Part shown: piece by piece, positions 8,515 through 16,640 of the stretch
Layout of the letters: every line of letters starts with the position of its first letter
How positions within the stretch are numbered: position 1 is the stretch's first letter
NCBI GenBank assembly: GCA_051003195.1
Contig: JBPCLP010000037.1
Coordinates: forward strand, 1-16,640
Reading direction: 5' to 3'
Origin: Candidatus Sumerlaeaceae bacterium
GTDB lineage: Bacteria; Sumerlaeota; Sumerlaeia; Sumerlaeales; Sumerlaeaceae
Length of the DNA stretch: 16,640 nucleotides
The notes under the pieces: generated by a model
What the model was told of the DNA's origin: nothing
The model's input: the letters and a program-made list of their open reading frames with translations, nothing else
Databases searched by the model: none
Made by a program: the position numbers and the translations under genes

Positions 8515-8599
8515 ATCTGTAGATCTGTTTGGGTTGGAGATTTGGGTTCAACTCCCGATCAGTTTCTTTTCATGGCCGCGGCTGCCCGGCGACTGTTGC

Positions 8600-8660
8600 C
8601 GAAACCTGTGCACTTTAACGAAACCCCTGCACTTTACGGTGCTCTAAGGGTCTCTAAGGG
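8600..8660. repeat. Cluster of short direct repeats in the res-GH2 intergenic region
   Basis: CGAAACCtgTGCACTTTA (8600-8617) and CGAAACCccTGCACTTTA (8619-8636); CTCTAAGGG twice (8642-8650, 8652-8660). Confidence 0.7.
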
Positions 8661-9169
8661 GTCCTGCGGGAATACCATTAGCCAAAAGCCTGTGCTACAC
8701 AGGTCGTCATAATGATAAAACAAACGCAGTTTCCCGACCCCGCAAGCAGCGCGAGCGACGCCCCAGTCGCCGCCGCCGACTCCGTTTGACGGGACAGGTT
8801 ATCTGTTTTTGGATTTTGTGAGCGGGTACTTTACACATATTTCAAGCGCACTCCGGGTCTGACGCGTTCTCTACTTTGATTTTCAGCACCTGATCAAATT
8901 CATTATAGTACTCCCATTTCAGTGCGTCTTCAATCTCCGGGTGCTTTGCGTCGTTATTTCGATCCAGGAACACCACATCAACAGAGTAGCAGTCCTACCC
9001 TGCGCCGTGTGGAGAACTCTTTTCTCCTGCCCATATTCCTTAGCATGGATGTCCGCGAGTTCGGAATCTATTGAAGGGAGTTCCGGTTGCCTTCCCATTT
9101 TCTGCGGTTAGCCTCCCGCGAGCACAAACGCCTGAAATCACGACAAAACTCTATTGTGGGACGGAAATA

Positions 9170-12100
9170 ATGACAAACCAAATCCTGCGTCTCGTCACCC
9201 TGCTCACATTGGTTCTCCTCAATGATATGCAGGCGGCTTGGGCGGTGGCGGCAACATCGCTGGCGGGTAGTTGGAGGTTCGAACTGGATCGGGAAGACAC
9301 CGGGCTAAAAGATCGCTGGTTTGAGCGAGTCCTCCCGCTGAGCATCGAACTACCAGGCGCGTTGCAGAACCAGGGGTTTGGCGATGATATCGCCGTCAAT
9401 ACCAGGTGGACAGGTGATGTCGCTTCCGACCGCTGGAAGAACCGGCCCGAGTACGAGAAATATCGGCAACCCGGAAATATCAAGGTGCCGTTCTTTCTCC
9501 AGCCGCAGAAACACTATGTGGGCACGGCCTGGTATCAGCGCGATATCCAGATTCCGGAAACCTGGACAGGCAAACGAGTGGTGCTGACTTTAGAACGGCC
9601 GCACTGGGGGACGCATGTGTGGCTGAACGATCAGCTGATTGGAACAACCAACAGCCTCTGCACACCGCACGTGTACGAGCTTGGCGTGAACCTTCGGCCC
9701 GGGAAACACAACCTGACTCTCCGCGTGGATAACCGTGTCCTCGTCGAAGTAGGTGATTGGGCGCACAGCGTGAGCGATCACACCCAGGGAAACTGGAATG
9801 GGATCATCGGAAGGATCGAAGTCAGTGCAACGGAACCAGTGTGGATCGACGCTGTGCAGGTTTTCCCGGAGTTCCCTTCGGAGCTGCAATTCCCGCTGAA
9901 ATCAGGCTGCAAACTGCGGGTCCAGGTGGAAGTGGGAAATCGAACCGGAAAGCCGTTTCCGGCATCGCTTCAGCTCAATCCTGGCGGACCGCAATCAACC
10001 GTCGCGCTTGAAGCCAGCGTGGTCGTTCCTCCGGAGGGGCTGACGCATGAGTTTGTTGTTCCCGCTCTGGCCGGCCTCCAATTGTGGGATGAATTCACGC
10101 CTTCGCTATGCGATTTGGATGTCCGATTAGTTTCCAACGGCGAAGGAAACAGCCGGGGCCGGGAAACCGACCGTTACCAAGTTCGCTGGGGTGCCCGTTC
10201 CATTACTGGGGCCAACAGGCAGTTCTTCGTCAACAGCCGGCCCGTCTTCTTCCGGGGCACTCTCGAATGCTGCATCTTTCCAAAGACAGGTTATCCGCCG
10301 ACGGATGGGGCGTCGTGGGAGCGCATCATCCGTATCTGCAAGGAGCACGGGCTCAATCATATGCGATTCCACTCGTGGTGTCCGCCGGAAGCGGCCTTCA
10401 CTGCTGCCGACGAACTGGGCTTCTACTTTCAGGTGGAGTGCGGCGCCTGGACCCACCCCGGCAACGGTACGCCCATCGACCAGTGGCTTTACGACGAGAG
10501 CCGGCGAATCGTGCGCGCCTATGGAAATCATCCATCGTTCGTGCTGCTGACTCACGGCAATGAACCGCACGGGCCGAACCGCGAAAAGTACCTGGCGCAG
10601 TGGGTCGAATACTGGAAACACGATGGGCGCTTTCTCGTCACCAGCGGTTCTGCGTATCCACAGTTACCTGAGAACCAGTATCATGTCTACCACGCTTCGC
10701 GCGGGCCGCATGGATGGCTTGGAAAGGATTACCGCAAGGACGTCGAGAAGCTCGACGTGCCTGTCATCGTGCACGAGATGGGTCAGTGGTGCGTCTATCC
10801 AAACTTCGATGAGGTAAGCAAATATACCGGTCCGCTGAAACCGAAGAATTTCGATATCTTCCGCGACTCGCTTGAGGCGCATGGAATGCTCGACCAGTGG
10901 AAGGATTTTCTTCAGGCCTCGGGAAAGCTCCAGGTGCTTTGTTATAAGGAGGAGATGGAAGCCGCTCTCCGCACACCCGGAATTGGCGGAATTCAGTTGC
11001 TTGATCTGCACGACTTCCCGGGACAGGGGACGGCGCTGGTCGGAGTGCTCGATCCTTTCTGGGAAGAGAAGGGATACGTAGAACCGGAGGAGTTCCGCCG
11101 CTTCTGCAGCTCCATGGTGCCGCTGGCCAGGCTTCTGAAACGTAACTGGACCACGACCGAGACGCTGACATGTGACGTCGAACTGGCCAATTATCGCAGC
11201 GCTCCGATCCCAGACGCTGGAACGACTTGGAAACTGGTCGCACAGAACGGAAAGGTCGCGGCGCAGGGCGAGTTTCCGGACAAGGATCTGCCTCTCGGCC
11301 AGAACATTGCGCTGGGGAAGATCAGCGCCGATCTTGCCAATCTCAATGCCCCCAACATGTATTGCCTTGAAGTAGCCGTTGCAGACGGTGCCGGAAATCC
11401 TCTCGCACGAAACGACTGGAATGTCTGGATCTATCCGGCGGCACCATCGACCCCACTGACGACAGATCTGATGGTAACTTCATGGCCGGATGAAACCGCA
11501 TTCGAAAAGCTGGAGGCGGGCGGTAGTGTAGTCCTGTTTGCTAACAAGCTCTCAAGCATGCATCCCAAACTGCATTTTGAACCGATCTTCTGGAACCGCT
11601 ACATGTTCCACACGCAGCCGCAGCAGACACTTGGCCTTCTCTGCCAGGCAAAACATCCAGCCCTGGAGCAATTTCCCACAGAATCCTTTCAGGACTGGCA
11701 GTGGCAGGACATCGTTACCCACGCGCGCGGGATGGTAATGGACGATCTCCCCAAAGCCTTGCGGCCCATTGTGCAGCCCATCGACGACTGGAATACAAAC
11801 CGCAGGCTGGGCCTGCTTTTCGAATGCCGGGTCGGAAAAGGAAAACTACTGGTGTGTTCCGCAGACCTGGACAAGGAGCTCGACCAGCGCCCGGCAGCGC
11901 GCCAGTTGCGCAACAGCTTGCTGACGTATGCTGCGGGCGAGCAGTTCAATCCTAAGGTGGAGGTCGCAAAAGACGATCTCCGCAACATGCTCGAGCGCAA
12001 CAGATCCTCGAAGCTGCTCCGCCTCGGTGCAACCATACTATCCGTCAACAGCGAAGATACCGCGAGCGGGAACGTGGCAACGAACGCCATCGACGGCGAT

Positions 12101-12442
12101 GTCGAAACGATATGGCATACCCGGTGGCAGCCGATCGCCGATCCCATGCCGCACCAGCTTGCCATCGATCTTGGCCGGGAGATCGTCCTCAAAGGGTTCA
12201 CCTATCTCCCCCGTCAGGAAATGAGCAATGGCCGCATTGCCGATGTCGACATCCTGTGCAGTGTAGATAACAAAGACTGGGACTGGATTAAATCAGTTAA
12301 ATGGCCCGACTCCGGCGAGCTTCAGTCCGTACAATTCAAACAACCGATCAAAGCGCGTTATCTGAAGTTGGTCACCAAGGCCGAAATAAACGGAAAACCT
12401 TTCGCCTCGATTGCCGAACTCGATGTTCTCATGGACGAGTAA
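9170..12442 (+). CDS. Secreted glycoside hydrolase family 2 protein with C-terminal F5/8 type C (discoidin/CBM32-like) domain
   Basis: GH2 sugar-binding motifs (LAGSWRF, GTAWYQR, WNGIIG) and TIM-barrel motifs GLNHMRFHSWCPP, GNEP (acid/base) and VHEMG (nucleophile). C-terminal NAIDGDVETIWHT...IDLG...ARYLKL. Start moved from the TTG at 9071 to ATG 9170, which begins a signal-peptide-like MTNQILRLVTLLTLVLL...AWA and has GGACGGA upstream. Confidence 0.9.
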   Translation: MTNQILRLVTLLTLVLLNDMQAAWAVAATSLAGSWRFELDREDTGLKDRWFERVLPLSIELPGALQNQGFGDDIAVNTRWTGDVASDRWKNRPEYEKYRQPGNIKVPFFLQPQKHYVGTAWYQRDIQIPETWTGKRVVLTLERPHWGTHVWLNDQLIGTTNSLCTPHVYELGVNLRPGKHNLTLRVDNRVLVEVGDWAHSVSDHTQGNWNGIIGRIEVSATEPVWIDAVQVFPEFPSELQFPLKSGCKLRVQVEVGNRTGKPFPASLQLNPGGPQSTVALEASVVVPPEGLTHEFVVPALAGLQLWDEFTPSLCDLDVRLVSNGEGNSRGRETDRYQVRWGARSITGANRQFFVNSRPVFFRGTLECCIFPKTGYPPTDGASWERIIRICKEHGLNHMRFHSWCPPEAAFTAADELGFYFQVECGAWTHPGNGTPIDQWLYDESRRIVRAYGNHPSFVLLTHGNEPHGPNREKYLAQWVEYWKHDGRFLVTSGSAYPQLPENQYHVYHASRGPHGWLGKDYRKDVEKLDVPVIVHEMGQWCVYPNFDEVSKYTGPLKPKNFDIFRDSLEAHGMLDQWKDFLQASGKLQVLCYKEEMEAALRTPGIGGIQLLDLHDFPGQGTALVGVLDPFWEEKGYVEPEEFRRFCSSMVPLARLLKRNWTTTETLTCDVELANYRSAPIPDAGTTWKLVAQNGKVAAQGEFPDKDLPLGQNIALGKISADLANLNAPNMYCLEVAVADGAGNPLARNDWNVWIYPAAPSTPLTTDLMVTSWPDETAFEKLEAGGSVVLFANKLSSMHPKLHFEPIFWNRYMFHTQPQQTLGLLCQAKHPALEQFPTESFQDWQWQDIVTHARGMVMDDLPKALRPIVQPIDDWNTNRRLGLLFECRVGKGKLLVCSADLDKELDQRPAARQLRNSLLTYAAGEQFNPKVEVAKDDLRNMLERNRSSKLLRLGATILSVNSEDTASGNVATNAIDGDVETIWHTRWQPIADPMPHQLAIDLGREIVLKGFTYLPRQEMSNGRIADVDILCSVDNKDWDWIKSVKWPDSGELQSVQFKQPIKARYLKLVTKAEINGKPFASIAELDVLMDE

Positions 12443-12589
12443 GGCCGGGCAGCGTGAAGTGATTGCCATTTCGTAAAAGCGCCGCTCGGACGTGCGGATA
12501 TCCTGGAAATGCCCGCATCTTTACCAGCGGACGCTCTTCAAGCGAGTTTTCTATGAGTCCGGAAGCTGTCCCCGGGACACCGGGCGGAT

Positions 12590-15500
12590 TTAGTCCATTG
12601 TGAATCGGGAAAGGGTGACAGGAACCGCCGTCACAACAGTTACAGATCGGCCGTAGCGGGGATCGCCCGACCCAATAAAACCTTCTGTTCCGTTGTTTGC
12701 TGACATTTCGTAAATCAGCCTCTTCTGCCCGATTCCGGGTGGCGTCGTCATCGCCACCTGCATCACCAGCGCATCGCCGGGTGAAACGTTTCGTGGCAAA
12801 GGATAATAAACAGGACTACTGAACACATCGCCAGTGGCCAGTTCCATCAGAAGTCCAAATGTGCCGCCTGCGCCGCCGGTCCAGGTGTCCCATCCATCGT
12901 TTCGCACTGCTATCTCCACAGTGTACGAAGTGTTTTCCTGTACGGGTTGCGGCAAAGTATCAAACAAGTAGCTGGCACGGCGGTTATTGCTGCTTCCCAG
13001 ATGCACACGAGCCATGTAGGAATAGGTCTGAGGATCGCAGAAGACGTAGTTCATATCCGGGCGCCCGAAGCTGAGCTCAGCATTGAGATTCGCGTAGTAG
13101 CTTACGTGCTGCAAAATGGACCGAAACATGAGAAACTGCGTGGTGCCAGGAATGCCGAATGAATGCACGGGAGTGACATCCTGCGCAATCACTCCGCTCA
13201 GATCGCTGTTGTGTTCGAACACCGGCATGCGATTCTGTAGATGTACCCCTGCACCGCTTGCCTGCGGAATAATACCATCCGCCGAGAAGCTTTCGTACAG
13301 TTGCTCTGCTGCGGAAGTGATGGGCCCGGCTGATCCATTGATGACAAATCCGGTGAAGCTCATCCCAAAATTCTGGAAGTAATCTCGACAATGCCTCTGC
13401 CACTGCGCGACTCCAGATGGCAGACCCGACGGAACGCGAGGTGCAAATAACTGCGTCGGGTTGACATATCCCGCGCCGGAGTCGCCGGAAACAAAATAGT
13501 CGCTGGCCCTCCTGGTGCGGTAAGCATATTCAAAGAACATCGCTGCGCGATTGCTGAGATTCGGATTGACCGCCCATCCCATATTAACGCTTCCACGAAC
13601 CGGGGAATCCCACCTGGCGGGCATCGCATTTGTAACCCATGCCGCTGCATCGTAGTCGCCGACATAATGCAGCACGTAGGTGGCAGTGGCAGCTGTGTCC
13701 GCATTCGTCAGCAGCCCTGCTTTGCGCAGCTCTTCCGGCATTGGCGGTAAAGGCTGCGAGTAGCGTTCAGGCAGTGGCATTTGCGCATAGGCTGAAGCGT
13801 TGGCCATGGTGCTGATGCCGGGCGCGTCCGCATCCACGTACGAATTGTACGACGAGAGAAGCTTGGACGTCTCAAATTCTGAGGCTACGGGGGTATGGCT
13901 GCCGCCGGCGCCACTGTAATTTGTATATTTGAGGGGCCATGGCGTGAATCCGCCGGTATGGATGAAACCATTACCCGTTATCTTCTGTGCCGCGGTGAGG
14001 TAAATTTCCTTAAGGGTGTTCAAGTCGGTGCCAAGCGCCTGAGTGAGATCGTCCACTGGTTTTTCATCTCCCCATGGCGACAGATCCCAGAAGAATCCTT
14101 TCTTTGATACAAAGTAATCGTGGTTGTTCAATGTGTGAATCTCAGGATGACTCGCAGCTAAGCCAATCCAATATGCATCGACGTAGTAGCCCATTACGTA
14201 TGGATTGCATAGATCCGTCTTCAGATACTTCTCCATTGCCCAGATATACGCATCGCATTTAGTACTGCCGCTCGATGGACGAGTGGTGTCCGGAATAATT
14301 CCCACCCCGGTGAACTTTCCAAGCAGGTCCACAACCACGGGCAGCTGTGGCCCCGTAGTGACGAGCTGGTAGTACAACGAGCCCGGCAGAGGATCATAGC
14401 GCACCGGCACAAGGTTTAGCGCACCGGCCACTGTCGATGCAACATTAGAGGTCGCATTAACAGCAGGGTCCCAAACCACTGCTCCATTAATGGACGGACG
14501 GAACTGATTCACCAGCGAGACAATGTTCGCAATCGGTTGCAGTGTTTTGTTCGCGAGCCACCCTTCCGGCTCGCGGAGTCGGTTAAGCCAGTAATTATCG
14601 ACGCCCTGCGCCACCTCTCCGCCCTGTACAAAGTTAGCGAAGAGCTGGGGTTGCGATCGATTTACAATTCCCTGCAGAACACTGGCCAGGTGCAGATGCT
14701 GAAAACGCACGTCCGCTGCGAGCGACCGGGCGTAGTTAAGGTCGTAGGTGTACAGGATTCCTGGCGGCTGCGGCAATGGCTGCACACGAAAAGGGGCTAC
14801 GCGCGAGCTCCACCCGCTCCAGACGCCCAGCGCCCGAATTCGGGCATGCGCATAGAGAGTTGTGTCGACTGGAAGTTGTACAGAGGGGGTTGTGTATTTA
14901 TCCGCGCTGCTTACAATTCCAGAGTCCCAGATTACGGAACTGGCAGTTGTTTCTCCAGTGGTAACCAGCACCTGATAGCCGTCGGAGTTTTCCCCGCGCC
15001 ATTCTATTCTCGGCGTGCGGGTTGTGGTATAACCCACGGGCAGGGCCAGCACAGGGGCATCGGGTTGGTACTCCATGAGAGAAGCGTCATCGAAAATAAT
15101 CTCGCCGGTACCATTCACTCGAAACGAGATGTTACACAGGGCGGCACCGGCTTCGGCAACAAAGAGCCTGGTGTATGGCATGTAGGTCCGGCTGAGAAGG
15201 TTGGTTCCACCATGCTCGAAGCCCAGATAAGTTCCCGATGAGTTGTACACAGGGACGGCAAATGATAAAGGGCTGGAGGTATTGCTCTTGGCCCACACTG
15301 TTGCCCGGTAAGCCTTTCCAGCCTGAATGGGCACACGCAGTGACGGAGTATCCTTGTCGACAGCAGAATCCCCGGAACCATTGTTACGCTGCAGTCGGAT
15401 TGCTTTCGTGCCGGTGTGTGCGTCGGTGATGGCACTGCAGGAGGCGCTTGCGCCGCCCACGGCAAAATAGCGCCATGATGAGAATGTGGCGACCGTATTG

Positions 15501-15703
15501 CTACCAGCGGAGAAGTTGCCAGCCAGTTCAAAACCTCCATCGGCCAGGAGCTCCGTGGCAGCAGTACTTCTCGAACAGAGACTACTGAGGCAGGCAATAA
15601 CTGCTGCTAAAGCAGTCATCCTTCCTACAGATAGAATGCGTATGAGTGGGAAGAAGTTGCGCCCGGATTTTAACATCAACGGTGCCCTGCTATTGGTAAC
15701 CAT
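12590..15703 (-). CDS. Secreted GxGYxYP-family putative glycoside hydrolase with N-terminal CBM4/9-like domain and C-terminal Ig-like domain
   Basis: Motifs LQGIVNR, GAVVWDP, YVGDYD, MGWAVNP and FVSGDSGAGYVNP (GxGYxYP-like). LLADGGFE marks a CBM-like start; VRNDGWDTW...LPRNVSPGD is Ig-like. A hydrophobic signal segment ends around STAA. Start is uncertain (ATG at 15703, 15676 or 15619). Confidence 0.82.
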   Translation of the reverse strand: MVTNSRAPLMLKSGRNFFPLIRILSVGRMTALAAVIACLSSLCSRSTAATELLADGGFELAGNFSAGSNTVATFSSWRYFAVGGASASCSAITDAHTGTKAIRLQRNNGSGDSAVDKDTPSLRVPIQAGKAYRATVWAKSNTSSPLSFAVPVYNSSGTYLGFEHGGTNLLSRTYMPYTRLFVAEAGAALCNISFRVNGTGEIIFDDASLMEYQPDAPVLALPVGYTTTRTPRIEWRGENSDGYQVLVTTGETTASSVIWDSGIVSSADKYTTPSVQLPVDTTLYAHARIRALGVWSGWSSRVAPFRVQPLPQPPGILYTYDLNYARSLAADVRFQHLHLASVLQGIVNRSQPQLFANFVQGGEVAQGVDNYWLNRLREPEGWLANKTLQPIANIVSLVNQFRPSINGAVVWDPAVNATSNVASTVAGALNLVPVRYDPLPGSLYYQLVTTGPQLPVVVDLLGKFTGVGIIPDTTRPSSGSTKCDAYIWAMEKYLKTDLCNPYVMGYYVDAYWIGLAASHPEIHTLNNHDYFVSKKGFFWDLSPWGDEKPVDDLTQALGTDLNTLKEIYLTAAQKITGNGFIHTGGFTPWPLKYTNYSGAGGSHTPVASEFETSKLLSSYNSYVDADAPGISTMANASAYAQMPLPERYSQPLPPMPEELRKAGLLTNADTAATATYVLHYVGDYDAAAWVTNAMPARWDSPVRGSVNMGWAVNPNLSNRAAMFFEYAYRTRRASDYFVSGDSGAGYVNPTQLFAPRVPSGLPSGVAQWQRHCRDYFQNFGMSFTGFVINGSAGPITSAAEQLYESFSADGIIPQASGAGVHLQNRMPVFEHNSDLSGVIAQDVTPVHSFGIPGTTQFLMFRSILQHVSYYANLNAELSFGRPDMNYVFCDPQTYSYMARVHLGSSNNRRASYLFDTLPQPVQENTSYTVEIAVRNDGWDTWTGGAGGTFGLLMELATGDVFSSPVYYPLPRNVSPGDALVMQVAMTTPPGIGQKRLIYEMSANNGTEGFIGSGDPRYGRSVTVVTAVPVTLSRFTMD

Positions 15704-15930
15704 CAGCTCACGTCTCTGTACTTCAGGTGCATAGGCAGCAGGGGGCTGTTCCGCTATAAAGGAGCAGTGTACCGCGTACGCAGTCTGGATGGATGTATTG
15801 GCAAGGTTGCATTTCATTCGCAATCGATTGCTAACCGGCTCGGGATTTTGAGGGACTCCATGATAAGGATCACTGGGTTGGAGAAAGGAGTTCTCCACGC
15901 GGCCTGGATTGTGATATCGCGCGTAAAAGG

Positions 15931-16384
15931 GGCGGCGTGGGCGACTGGGTAGCACGGGAGACTGCGGTTGGAGGCTTTCAAGTTTTCAAGTTTTTCAAGT
16001 TTTTTTCAAGTTTGGAGCGTAGAAGCTTGAAAGGCTTGCAGATAAATCAAGTTGGCGAAAACGGGGTAATTTCGCCACTTGAAAAACGGTAATCCTCGCG
16101 TAAGAATTCGCGGGGCCGTGCATTTCCGGCTTCCTTGCGCGATGGGCCGCTTTTTTCCGCCAGGCGCAAGGACGTAAAATGCCACGCGGATTGGGCGCAG
16201 AGGTCCCTCTGCCGTCGGTTAGGGCGTTTCGGGCTGCATAAGTTGTCAAAGAACGTGCTCAGCTTTACTACGCTGGCAGGTATACACGAGTTGTGGAGGG
16301 GGCGTCACTTCCCGGGCGTCACCTTAGGGTGGGCGAAGGCCAATAAAGTCGAAAAAGATTTTCGGGCGAACGTGCGCGGGTGCG
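15931..16384. repeat. ~455-bp non-coding direct repeat, copy 2
   Basis: Same orientation as 300-754 and ~90% identical; contains the same (T)nCAAG array and hairpin. Confidence 0.95.
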
Positions 16385-16465
16385 CGCCGAGTAACTCCGG
16401 ATGAGGGCCCTTGCTCGACGTGCCAGGCTGGGCAACAAGCAAATTCGGCAAAACATTAACGTATT

Positions 16466-16595
16466 TTACCACAGAGGCACAGAGACACAGAGTATGCACC
16501 GAGTTGCTTATTGTGCAGAATGGGGGAAGAACCTTGACAAGTTGCAGAGGTTTTTTCCTCTGGGAAAGCTCTGAGTCTCTGTGCCTCTGTGGTAA
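16466..16595. repeat. 27-bp inverted repeat built from CACAGAG units around a 76-nt spacer
   Basis: TTACCACAGAGGCACAGAGACACAGAG (16466-16492) and CTCTGAGTCTCTGTGCCTCTGTGGTAA (16569-16595) are complementary at 26 of 27 positions. Confidence 0.9.
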
Positions 16596-16640
16596 GGGGC
16601 GGGCTAAGTGCCTTCTGTGAGAAGTTTGATCGTCGAGCGT

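Noticed and set aside
8661..8677. Possible tRNA 3'-end remnant (GTCCTGCGGGAATACCA) as an att site
   Set aside because: No GTTCRA T-loop precedes it, and the acceptor strand is one base short.
9071..9169. TTG start of the GH2 ORF
   Set aside because: ATG 9170 gives a better signal peptide and has an RBS-like sequence upstream.
12492..12586. Terminator between the convergent CAZyme genes
   Set aside because: Only imperfect hairpins are present (12493-12517; TGTCCC-c-GGGACA at 12567-12579), without convincing U-tracts.
1056..15241. Numerous antisense or alternate-frame ORFs (e.g. 1056-1724, 2361-3092, 6264-7064, 14537-15241)
   Set aside because: They are shadow ORFs fully overlapping well-supported genes in GC-rich DNA, with no recognisable motifs.
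15704..15955. N-terminal extension of the GxGYxYP ORF to 15955
   Set aside because: It runs into repeat copy 2, has no protein-like features and would bury the signal peptide about 110 residues deep.

Overview
Bacterial accessory region of moderately high GC. It holds a three-gene, translationally coupled defence operon on the + strand: a type III R-M-like methyltransferase (912-3668), an ABC-type ATPase fused to a TOPRIM/OLD-like nuclease (3665-5413) and a type III-like restriction helicase-nuclease (5410-8514). Two convergent, probably secreted carbohydrate-active proteins follow: a GH2 with a C-terminal F5/8-type C domain (+) and a GxGYxYP-family multidomain protein (-). The whole block lies between two ~455-bp non-coding direct repeats (300-754 and 15931-16384, ~90% identical by hand alignment). 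Inside each repeat, and again in a divergent version at 147-263, is a module of four tandem TCAA-core units followed by a hairpin around GGGTAATTTCGCC. The downstream hairpin arm co-varies with the tandem unit. Several REP-like palindromes and a 27-bp CACAGAG inverted repeat are also present. No integrase, transposase, tRNA, rRNA or CRISPR array was recognised. All family assignments come from motif recognition by eye, not database searches.
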